Assembly (NCBI GenBank): GCA_963723855.1
Contig: CAVRSI010000011.1
Coordinates: 122,181-186,180, forward strand
Direction of reading: 5' to 3'
Origin: an uncultured Actinomycetes bacterium
Lineage (GTDB): Bacteria; Actinomycetota; UBA4738; HRBIN12
Length of the DNA stretch: 64,000 nucleotides
A model generated the notes under the pieces. That model searched no databases, was not told the DNA's origin, and saw only the letters and a list, made by a program, of their open reading frames with translations. A program made the position numbers and the translations under genes. Numbering within the stretch: the first letter of the stretch is position 1; every line of letters starts with the position of its first letter. Shown in pieces: positions 47,101 to 55,585 of the stretch.

Positions 47101-47760
47101 TACTTCGACGGGACGAAGCAGAGCGTGAAGGACTGATCTCCGAACAGGAACGTGGCACAGTCGCCGGCGACGTCCCGCAGCTCGAAGTTCCCCCCCGCGA
47201 ACGTGTCCCCTTCAGCCGGGTGGTAGACCGTGCCGTCGACCGACGACCGAGGCGTGCTGCACGCCGTTGGAGGTGTACGTGTCGATCAGCACCACCTCAT
47301 GACCGCCGATGGTCGTCGACGATCCGTTCGTCGGCGGCAGGGTCGGCCCGGTCGGTCCGGGGCCGGTCGTCCCACCGGTGGACCCCGTCGGCCCGGGACC
47401 CGTCGTCCCACCGGTGGACCCAGACGGCCCCGACGGCCCGGGTCCGGTGCCGGTGCCGCCGGTGGACCCTCCGGGCGCCGGGAACTGCGGCGGGATCGAG
47501 AACGGATCGCGCCCGGAGAAGATCGGGCTCGGGGCGGGTCCGCCGCTCTGCGACGGGGACACGCTGCCGGTCGGTCCGGTCGACGGAACGCCGGTGACGC
47601 CGGTCGGACCACCGCTCACCGATGGCCCCACCGAGAGCGGCGGCAAGGCCGATCCGCCGCCCTTCCCCAGCTGACCGAGAAGGAGCAGCGCGAGGACCAG
47701 CACGCCGGCCACGATGCCCCCGATCTTCAGCGCCTTACGGTCGCGTTCGTTGAGAGGCAT
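47101..47760 (-). CDS. PilP-like type IV pilus protein: N-terminal TM helix, Gly/Pro/Ser/Thr-rich tandem-repeat linker and a small C-terminal domain; apparent frameshift near 47225
   Basis: Reads [28 protein letters not shown]..., then a linker ([13 protein letters not shown] x2), then ...[19 protein letters not shown]. The continuation [46 protein letters not shown] (stop about 47101) is in the adjacent frame. Confidence 0.5.
47351..47421 (-). repeat. Two copies of a 36-bp in-frame tandem repeat encoding [12 protein letters not shown] inside the PilP-like gene
   Basis: Near-identical 35/36-nt units at 47351-47385 and 47387-47421. Confidence 0.8.
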
Positions 47761-47763
47761 CCG

Positions 47764-48414
47764 TCAGGCTCCTGGCTTCGTCTCGGCTGCCGGCGAAGGG
47801 CTCGTGGGCGCGGTCGTCGCGGTCGTCGCGCCGGCCGCAGAGGTCGGGCCAGGCGATGAACCCGGGCCAGCGCTCTCGTCGCTCGTGTAGATGTCGACCG
47901 AGGCGGTGAGGGTCAACAGGCTCGAGTTGCTTTCGGAGGGCGAGGGCGAGATCGACACCGCGGTCGTCTTCGCGGCGCGCGGGAGCGTCTCGACCTTGAA
48001 CAGGAACTCCGTGAGCGCGAAGTAGGAACCGGTGGTTGAGATGGCGTTGGCCACGGTGGACAGTCCCGTGGCCGGGTCGAAGATGGGATTGGTCGGCGTG
48101 ATCGTGACGACGTCGACCCCCGACTCCACGGCTGCGTTCTGCATCAGCAGCATGAACCCTTGCTGGTCGACGGTCGGCGGGATCGCTTGCTGGACCTTCC
48201 GGATGGTCTCCCGGTTCGCCGGGGCCTCTGCCTGGGCCGCCTGAAGAGCCGCCAATTGCGCACCCAAGGTCGCCTGCTGACCCTGCGCCTCCGCGAGAGC
48301 GGCGTTCGCATCCTTCACCTGACCCATCTTCGGCAGCACCAGGAAGAACCCCACCAGCACGACCGCGGCGGCGGCGGCGATCCCGGCGAACAGCGGCGCG
48401 CGCTTACCCCCCAC
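47764..48414 (-). CDS. pilO: Type IV pilus assembly protein PilO
   Basis: Has a TM helix (LFAGIAAAAAVVLVGFFLVL), a coiled-coil region and a periplasmic domain. Probable GTG start at about 48414. Confidence 0.7.
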   Translation of the reverse strand: MGGKRAPLFAGIAAAAAVVLVGFFLVLPKMGQVKDANAALAEAQGQQATLGAQLAALQAAQAEAPANRETIRKVQQAIPPTVDQQGFMLLMQNAAVESGVDVVTITPTNPIFDPATGLSTVANAISTTGSYFALTEFLFKVETLPRAAKTTAVSISPSPSESNSSLLTLTASVDIYTSDESAGPGSSPGPTSAAGATTATTAPTSPSPAAETKPGA

Positions 48415-49034
48415 CCTGCACGTCCCCTCGGCCGCGAGGCGTGAGCGCGTCCTCCGAAAGGTCGACCCCGCTGGTGAAGGTGTACAAGCCCGGTATTCGG
48501 ACCGGTCTCGGTGGCGCTCGAGACCCAAGGGTTGACCCATCCCTTAACCGATTCGAGCCTCGTGATCCAGCTCGCTAGGCTTTCGAACCCGTCCGCCGCC
48601 CCGCCGGCGGTGAACGACCCCACGAACGTCGTGGTGGTCGACGCCGCGGCTGTCCCGGTCACCGGCGCCGTGAGCGAGGCACTGAACGAAGAGAGGTACG
48701 CGTCCGATGGGATCGTGCGGGAGAGGTCCATCAGCATCTCCGAGAACGACACTTCGCCGACATACGCCTTCGCGAGCAGCGCCTCCTGCGCGGCGGCCTG
48801 CTCCTGGAGCTGCTGGAACTCCTGCAGCTGACCGATCTGAGCCTGGAGCTGCTGGTTCGTTGCGTTCTGTGCCGCGATGTCGTCGTTGATGCCCGCCAGC
48901 TTCTGGCTCTGCAGGAACCAGAAGGCGATGAGCAGCACGACCACCGCCGCACCGGCCCCGACGATCAGTGTGGTCTGCTGTTTGGTCTTCTGCCGTGCGC
49001 GAAGCTCAGGGGGAAGGAGGTTGACCTGACTCAC
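48404..49034 (-). CDS. pilN: Type IV pilus assembly protein PilN; possible frameshift near its 3' end (about 48460)
   Basis: Starts MSQVNLLPPELRARQKTKQQT with a TM helix. The ORF tail after ...SSATETGPNTG looks out of frame. The adjacent frame gives LYTFTSGVDLSEDAL... ending at TAA 48404, 8 nt before the pilO GTG. Confidence 0.8.
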
Positions 49035-50086
49035 GCGAAATGCCTCCCGGGGATGCCCAGGCCGACGGCCACCGCGAGCACCGGCTCCGCTTCGGCAAGC
49101 GCCTCCTCAGACAGGGACAGCTGCGACTTGGCCCGGCGGAACACGTGGCCGCGCTCGATCGTCGCGGGAACCCGTTCCTGCAGGAGCTCCAGGAAGCCCT
49201 GCAGCTTCGACCCGCCGCCGATCACCAGGACCCGCCCGATCCGGGCCCCACGCGTCTGGGCCGTGTAGAACTCGAGCGAGGACCGAACCTCGTCGACGAA
49301 GTTCTGCGCCCGCTGCATGGCGGCGCGATGGACCTCTTCCAGGTCGGGACCGCCCTCGACGGCCTCGCCGCGCTTCAGACGCTCGGCGACGTCGGCCTCG
49401 ACCCCGAAGTTCCGGGCGATCGCCAACGTGATGTCCCGGCCGCCCGACGGCAGGATCCGGACGAACCGCGTCACGCCCTTCTCGTGGACCAGGATGTTCG
49501 TGACCGTGGCGCCGATATCGACGATGGCCTCTTCGCCACCCTCTTCGTCCTCCATGCCGACCTCCGGCATGCCGACCGCGCGCGCCATGGCGAACGGAAC
49601 CAGGTCGACGCCGATCGGCTCGAGCTTCGCGGCGAGCGCGACATCGACGACCGTGTTCACCATCGCGCGCTGCGCGGCGACGAGGATGAGGCGCAGCATG
49701 CGGCGCCCCTCCTGCTCGAACTCTCCGAGCGGATCGAAGTCCAGGACGGCGTCCTCGACCGGCATGGGGATGAACTCCTGCGCCTGGAACCCGAGCGACG
49801 CTCGGAGCTCCTTCTCGGGGAGCCACGGGAGCGCGATCTCGCGCACCACCACCCGTTGGTTCCCGACACCCATGTAGACCTGCCGGCTCTTGAAGCCTCC
49901 GCGCTGCCAGAGCTCGCGCAACGCCTCGCTGACGACCTCGGGCTGGCGGATCTCGCCCGCCTCGACCGCCCCCTCCGGCAACGGCACCTGCGCCGCCCGA
50001 ACGACCACGGGGGTGTCGCCGCCCTGGAGCTCGGCGGCGCGCACGGCCGTCGCGCCGATATCCAGTCCGACCCGTACCTTCGCCAT
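49031..50086 (-). CDS. pilM: Type IV pilus assembly ATPase-like protein PilM
   Basis: 351 aa starting MAKVRVGLDIGATAVRAAEL, an actin-like fold typical of PilM. Confidence 0.9.
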   Translation of the reverse strand: MAKVRVGLDIGATAVRAAELQGGDTPVVVRAAQVPLPEGAVEAGEIRQPEVVSEALRELWQRGGFKSRQVYMGVGNQRVVVREIALPWLPEKELRASLGFQAQEFIPMPVEDAVLDFDPLGEFEQEGRRMLRLILVAAQRAMVNTVVDVALAAKLEPIGVDLVPFAMARAVGMPEVGMEDEEGGEEAIVDIGATVTNILVHEKGVTRFVRILPSGGRDITLAIARNFGVEADVAERLKRGEAVEGGPDLEEVHRAAMQRAQNFVDEVRSSLEFYTAQTRGARIGRVLVIGGGSKLQGFLELLQERVPATIERGHVFRRAKSQLSLSEEALAEAEPVLAVAVGLGIPGRHFA

Positions 50087-50293
50087 CTACGGACCCTCCG
50101 TCCGAACGGAGCGCTCCTCCAGGAAGCGCTCCAGGTCTGTCTCGCGCAGCCGGTAGTTCTTGCCGACGCGCACGGCCGGAAGCTCGCCGCTCTTGATCAG
50201 CCGGTAGACCGTCATGTTCGAGACCCGCATCGCGTTCGCGACCTCGGACACGGTCAGGAGACCGCCCGGAACGAACGGCTGCGACTCGCTCAC
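50087..50293 (-). CDS. Small MerR/excisionase-family HTH DNA-binding protein (BldC-like, 68 aa)
   Basis: GTG start; reads LTVSEVANAMRVSNMTVYRLIKSGELPAVRVGKNYRLRETDLERFLEE. It sits immediately upstream of pilM and is preceded by the SD GGAGGAGGG. Confidence 0.7.
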   Translation of the reverse strand: MSESQPFVPGGLLTVSEVANAMRVSNMTVYRLIKSGELPAVRVGKNYRLRETDLERFLEERSVRTEGP

Positions 50294-50327
50294 GCGGTCA
50301 CCCTCCTCCGAGTGCTCTTGTTGTCAC

Positions 50328-50383
50328 CTCATGTGGCACTTGTGCCACGTTGGTGCTCATGTGCCTCAAGTGGCACGATGAGG
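50328..50383 (-). promoter_or_regulatory. Operator-like array upstream of the HTH gene: two 23-bp units, each an inverted repeat of GTGGCAC/GTGCCAC half-sites
   Basis: Unit one is CTCAT-GTGGCAC-TT-GTGCCAC (50328-50348, perfect 16-bp palindrome). Unit two is CTCAT-GTGCCTC-AA-GTGGCAC (50355-50376). Confidence 0.6.
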
Positions 50384-50743
50384 CCCCTTACCAAACACCA
50401 GGGAGCAACCGCAGTCAAACATCTCGCACAGGGAAGTTTCCGCAGGTCCGAACGGGTGTTCGGACAAGACCAGCTGCGCTCGGTCCCGAGAGTGGGTCGG
50501 CCTGCTGCCGGATTCATGTAAGAAGGGTGCCGAACCTGTTCAGTTAAGATTGACACCGCCGACGTACGGTGGCAGGAGTGGCGCAGGTCGATGCCACAAC
50601 ATCGCCCAGTTCGACGCCTTCCTCACGCCGAAATGGATAGGTCGGAACCGGACTTAGGACGAAGGGACGGCCGGAAGAGCACCTTTTTGCCGCTGTTGCG
50701 CCCTGGTCGGGTGACATAGATTGACCCAGTGAGGAAGCTTCCG

Positions 50744-51138
50744 ATGACGAAACGACGGTCGATCGCACGGGGGCTCGGGCAAGCAGTCGCCCGTTCGCAA
50801 CGCCCGCCCTTCCCCGATTGCCCGACCTCGAGACCGAGGGACCGGTGCATCAGCTGCTCATGTCCGGGGAGCGCGATGACGGCGGCTGGGGCCTCATCGG
50901 GGCGTTCTGGCTCTCGGTCGACGGCCGGCGCGGCGGGTTCATCGTGTCTCCGGGATTCCTTGGCATGGTAGCGAGATGGTCCGCAGCCTTCGAAGCGCGC
51001 TCGACCGCGGCTGGACCGAGGAGCGGATACTTCTCCTGCTGGGAGGGTCAGGTCGGCACCGTTGGCACCTACATGATCGATCCCGAGACGCCCGCGGAGA
51101 ACCTGGTCGAAGTCGCCCGCCGTGTAGGGGCGCTCTAG
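50744..51138 (+). CDS. Hypothetical small protein (possibly frameshifted between 50729 and 50818 frames)
   Basis: An SD (GTGAGGAAG) precedes the ATG at 50744. The downstream frame 50818..51138 has high GC3 and a plausible sequence (...GWGLIGAFWLSVDGRRGGFIVSPGFLGMVARW...). No recognisable domain. Confidence 0.3.
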
Positions 51139-51469
51139 CGGCGATCGGTGGTCATCCGCTTCCAGGCGCTCCGCTTCCCGCCAGCGTTGCCCTATCGGGC
51201 TCGCGTTCCATGTCCATCGCGATGCGTACTCAGCGATCGGTATCGAGAACACGATCCTTTCCGGTGGGGCAGAACGGGTGTCAGGATGTCGTGGCTGCCT
51301 AGTCCCGTACGCTCGGAGCGGAGCCGCAGAGAGGTAGGCGACCCCTGAGCCCTCGCCACCAGGCGGCGGCGCACGCCTCTCGATGGGTTGCGGCAAGAGG
51401 TCCGGCTGAGGACCCGTGCCGCCGCTCGGGTCACGTTGCCGTCGGCGAGACGTCCTGCGACAACGCGCC

Positions 51470-52288
51470 TTAACCGTCCGCGTTTGCCTCACTCTCACCG
51501 TGGAGGGACGGGTTGCTGATCAGTTCGGCGATGGCTAGCCCAAGCAGAACCAGTCGTCGTCGGGGAGGATCCCGCCTGCTGCGACGGCGCCGGCGCTTGC
51601 TGGCCCAAGATCTCAAGACAGATGCATCGGCTTCGCCAAGGCTTGGCGCATTCACCAAGGTGCCTTGAACAACCACCCCGATCGTGCAGGTGCCGCCGAC
51701 GCTGTAATAGAAATCCCCATTGAGTGCGGTGTTGATCGCCCCTGTCACGTTGAAATCGCCGAACACGCTCCTGTAACAAGTAGGTGCTCCGGCTGGTGGG
51801 GTGATATTGGCCGTCGTCGTAGCAGTCGTCGATGTGAGCAGGTATCTGCCCGCGTTCGCGTCCAGGGTGATGCCGGTAGCTGTCACCGAGATGCCTGTTC
51901 CGGGGCCGATGGACGCGAAGGTCGCGCTTGCGGCCGAGCAGGTCACGACGTCGGGCGAGATCACCCCGGTCAGCGAGCAGAGGGTCATCGTGGCCGCATT
52001 CGCGCCGTCGTAGACCTTGTCGGCCGCAGTCACGGTTGCGGTCACCGGCCGATACAGCGTCCCGCCTTTGGCCCCATAGCCTATGCAGAGCGCCTCACTT
52101 GGAAACGTTGTTCCGTCCGCGCGGACGAGCGTTTGCCAGCCGCCCTTCTGACAGAGTTTCGCATTCGTGGAGTTGCTGCCAGCGAAAGCGATTCCGACGT
52201 TGACGACGAGCATCACAACCACAAGGCCGAACGTCGCCACGATCGAGACCATGCGTCGAGCCCTTCGGCGCTCACGTCTCGCCCTCAT
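51470..52288 (-). CDS. Secreted/membrane-anchored protein with an MBG/YDG-type adhesin-repeat signature, in a lower-GC island
   Basis: Has an Arg-rich N-terminus plus hydrophobic segment (MVSIVATFGLVVVMLVVNVGIAFA) and a Cys-containing region. It carries a KVYDG...LTGVISPDVVTCSAASATFAS...GRYLLTSTTATTTANIT block typical of MBG/YDG repeats. Local GC is about 55-60%. The C-terminal ~60 aa may be out of frame. Confidence 0.5.
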   Translation of the reverse strand: MRARRERRRARRMVSIVATFGLVVVMLVVNVGIAFAGSNSTNAKLCQKGGWQTLVRADGTTFPSEALCIGYGAKGGTLYRPVTATVTAADKVYDGANAATMTLCSLTGVISPDVVTCSAASATFASIGPGTGISVTATGITLDANAGRYLLTSTTATTTANITPPAGAPTCYRSVFGDFNVTGAINTALNGDFYYSVGGTCTIGVVVQGTLVNAPSLGEADASVLRSWASKRRRRRSRRDPPRRRLVLLGLAIAELISNPSLHGESEANADG

Positions 52289-52656
52289 GATTCACCCTTC
52301 TTCATGGTGCCCGAACCGTCATGACGTCTCGCCCGATCCAGGGACTTGACAACCCCCCTTCCGTCCTACTATCGACCGGAGACAGCGCCTCGCCCCATCG
52401 GTCTTCGGTCGGCGAATCCGGGCCACAAGGCGTAGCACTCGCCAATCAGTCAGCGTGAACACCTAAGCAACTGAGGGCTTGCATGACTCGGAAGACATCA
52501 CTCGGGATGAAGCAAGCCGGGTCCATCGGAGGATTGGGACCTTATCGGCTCCTTGTGTCGCCGCCTTCACCGGTCTCCTCTGTCGTCGCCTTCACGTGGT
52601 AAACGGCCTCGACTCCACGGAAGGAACTTGGCCGATCGGCCCGAGCGGGGCAAGCC

Positions 52657-53436
52657 TCACGATTCGCGCTCACGTGACCGAACGGAGGTACCAGTCTGCG
52701 ATCGTCGCACCCCAAGCGTCGCTGTGATGGCGCCCGCCGCAAGGAACGGCCCGAATGGGATCGCGCTCTTTCGCCCGCGGCCGGCGAGCAGGGCGACGAG
52801 GCCTCCCAGACCCCCGAGCAAGACTGCGACGCCGGCCGCCACAGCGACGCAGCGCAAGCCGAGCGCTCCCATCATCAAGCCGATCAGCGCCGTCAGTTTC
52901 ACGTCGCCCATGCCGAGGCCTCGAGGCGCTATCAACGCGATGAGCATGAACAGACCCCCGTAGGCGAGCACACCCACGATCGCGCGCAGCGGGGCCAGCG
53001 GTTGGCCGATCGCCCACCCGAGGACGATCGCGGCGGCGAACGCTGGGAACGCGGGATAGGTGATCCGGTTAGGGATGATGCGATGCTCCAGGTCGATGGC
53101 ACCCACGGCGAGCATCGTCGCGCAGAAGGCGACAGAACCACGATCAGATGAGATCTGTGGATAAACGATGGCGACCCCCGCGAACAAGGCCGCGGTCCCC
53201 CCCTCCAGCACGGGATATCGGACCGGGATCGGTGCACGGCACGAGCGACACCGACCGCCGAGAAGGAGCCACGAAAGGACCGGGATGTTGTCGCGACTCT
53301 TGATCTCGGCACCGCAGTGCGGGCAGCGCGACCGCGGTGAGACGATCGATTCCTTCTTCGGGATCCGGTCGACGACGACGGTCAGGAAGCTCCCGACAGC
53401 GAGTCCGAACGGTACCGCGACGAGGGCACGGATCAC
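52657..53436 (-). CDS. pilD: Type IV prepilin peptidase (A24 family) PilD
   Basis: Has N-terminal zinc cysteines (CPHCGAEI...CRSCRAPI), catalytic Asp motifs including GMGDVKL, and multiple TM segments. Confidence 0.9.
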   Translation of the reverse strand: MIRALVAVPFGLAVGSFLTVVVDRIPKKESIVSPRSRCPHCGAEIKSRDNIPVLSWLLLGGRCRSCRAPIPVRYPVLEGGTAALFAGVAIVYPQISSDRGSVAFCATMLAVGAIDLEHRIIPNRITYPAFPAFAAAIVLGWAIGQPLAPLRAIVGVLAYGGLFMLIALIAPRGLGMGDVKLTALIGLMMGALGLRCVAVAAGVAVLLGGLGGLVALLAGRGRKSAIPFGPFLAAGAITATLGVRRSQTGTSVRSRERES

Positions 53437-53475
53437 GCGTCACTCACGCGCAAACCTTAGCGCCCCTACCAGACC

Positions 53476-54957
53476 GGACCATGGAACCTACGAGGCCTCG
53501 CGCACGTACGCGATGTCCTCGCGGAACGAAGTGATGGTGCCGTAGCCCGGAACGAGCACCGGGCGGAACGTCATCGTGTAGTTGTTCCCGATGACGACAG
53601 TGCCGCCCATGACCTGGCCGTAGTAGTTGTTCTGGTTGTTCATGTTCGCCGCGCAGGGTGTGTAGAAGAAGACCTGGGTGTTGGAGTCGAAGTTCGTGAG
53701 GTTCCCGACGCTGACGTCCTTGCTTGACGTGCCTGTCGGGCAGGGAGATGGAGCGGGCCATGTGCTGATGAAGAAGATGCTCTCGGTCGCGGAGGCTCCG
53801 TTCCAATTGGATTTCTGCTGGAGGTTGATGCCCCAGTCCGTGATGATCGCTAGGTTCCCATTGACACCTATCGTCTTGTTGTTGCCGTTCGAGAACGTGC
53901 AGGGGGTCGCGCCGGGTCAATCCGCACGACGAAGCTCCCAGACCAGGAACCCTCGACGAACGATCGGGCCTGACTGCAGGCGTCTCCCACCGAGAACGTA
54001 TTGCCTCCGCATGTCGTGGACGCCGACGCGCCAAACGTGCATACCGTGTATCCCGCATTGACCCAGTTCGTTTGGTCCGTCGCCGTGAACGTGATCTGAG
54101 GGAAGGGTTGGGTCGGAGGCCTGGGCGACACGGTGTTCGTGTATGACGTTCCGGCCACGGAGACCCCGCTGATCGTCGTGCCCGCAGTAGCGCTGTTGCC
54201 GATCGATTCGCTGCCGCCGATCGAGGAGCTTGAAGAGGTGACGCTGCCCGAGACGCTCGTGGGGTTGGCCATGGTCACACTGTCGTTGGCCCACAGGTTC
54301 CCCTGGATGTTCGAGTTGTTTGAGATCGACGCCGCCCCGTATGGGATGTAGACGTTGCCGCGAATGCGTGGCGTGTTCGTGATGACGAGGTCGCCGTTCA
54401 ATATGTACACGTCGCCGTCGTTCCCGTTATTGCCGTAGATGTCGAAGTTGTTCGGGAAGTTCGCGCCATTGTTGGTAAGGACGGCGGCTCCGAAGCCCCC
54501 GTAGACAGGCATTAGTCGGATGTAGGTCTGCATCGTCCTCGGGGTTTGACCGCCAACCGTTCCCGTAGTGGTGATGAATACCGACGACGGGTAAACCGCG
54601 TCGGTAAAGGGACAGTTCATCACGTGCGCAGGGGTAAGCAAACCACTGGCGTCGTAAAAGGTCGGCGTCGCAGTGAAGCTAGCGCTCGCCGGCGCGCTCG
54701 CGATCGACTGGGTCACGGGGTTACAGCTCAGCGTCGTAACCGGGGTGGACTGCAGGAGCGCGTAGTAGTAGTTCGCGCCGGATTCGGCGGCGTCTACTGA
54801 GGTCAGCCTTTGCCGGTCGTAGCCAGTGGACTGCGCGTCGTGGATCGACTGCGCGACGATCACGGTGGACAGGATCAGCAGCACCATGCTCACGAGGAGG
54901 GCGATCACCATCGCCATTCCTTCCTCTCCGCTCGATCGGATGCGCATCGTTAGCTCC
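53476..54957 (-). CDS. Large PilX/PilY-like pilus-associated protein (about 490 aa); apparent frameshift at a C5 run near 53905
   Basis: The SD TAAGGAG precedes an ATG at about 54957. It starts MRIRSSGEEGMAMVIALLVSMVLLILSTVIVAQS and has Asn/Gly-rich beta-solenoid-like repeats (NGANFPNNFDIYGNNGNDGDVYILNGDLVITN...). The C-terminal ~140 aa (GVNGNLAIITDWGINLQQK...FREDIAYVREAS) is in the adjacent frame. Confidence 0.5.
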
Positions 54958-54984
54958 TTACGGTTCACGTTGGCACGTTCGTGG

Positions 54985-55580
54985 GCAGGGTGGCGCAGAC
55001 GGCGAGCGGATAGCCGAACGAGGTGTTTCGGCCCGTCACCGAGGTCTGCAGTCTTTGGGTCGCATTGGCGGACCCCGTCGGGGTCCGAGTTGACGAGGAA
55101 CTGCACCGTCATCGTCCGCCCGGTAGGATCAAGCGTGAATGCGCTCTGTGATTGGGCGCGGTTCAAGATGCCGTCGGCAACGACCTGCCAGGTCAAGGCT
55201 CCCGGCGTGATGTTCGGCTTCCAATACCCGTACATCAGCTGGTTCTGACTGTTGATCGTCCACAGAGCGCAGCGGCTGATGTCATCCTGTGCTGAGTAGG
55301 CCTGGGTGTAGATGAGGAACGTATACCCTGCGGCGTTGGGCGGGTACAGGAGATTGCCGGAGCGCACCTGGCGGTCGATCGTCTGCATGGCGAGGCGGAC
55401 CTGGTTGATCGTTCTGGACCGCACGTCCTCGTTCACGCTTGCCTTCTGGATCGATGTCAAGGTCGATAGCAGGATCACCATGGCGATCGACAGGATGCTC
55501 ATGGCAACCACTAGCTCGACGAGCGTCATGCCTCCGTGTTCGTGGAGGCGCTGCCGTAGCTTGGCGATCCGATTCGCCAT
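54985..55580 (-). CDS. Minor pilin with prepilin-type N-terminal cleavage/methylation domain
   Basis: Starts MANRIAKLRQRLHEHGG|MTLVELVVAMSILSIAMVILLS (G-1, E+5). Its 3' end is unresolved because the track ORF runs into the next gene, so a terminal frameshift is likely. Confidence 0.65.
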
Positions 55581-55585
55581 CCCTA

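Noticed and set aside
47351-47421. Tandem 36-bp repeats that could be mistaken for a CRISPR or VNTR locus
   Set aside because: There are only two copies. They are in frame inside a coding sequence and have no spacer-repeat architecture. This is a coding low-complexity repeat.
50300-51470. Mobile element or integrase remnants in the low-GC island
   Set aside because: No transposase or integrase motifs, terminal inverted repeats or flanking direct repeats were recognisable. Only compositional deviation supports a foreign origin.
52345-52378. Near-consensus TTGACA...TACTAT hexamers on the plus strand
   Set aside because: The spacer is only 14 nt, and no credible plus-strand gene follows. The convincing gene nearby (the MBG/YDG protein) is on the other strand.
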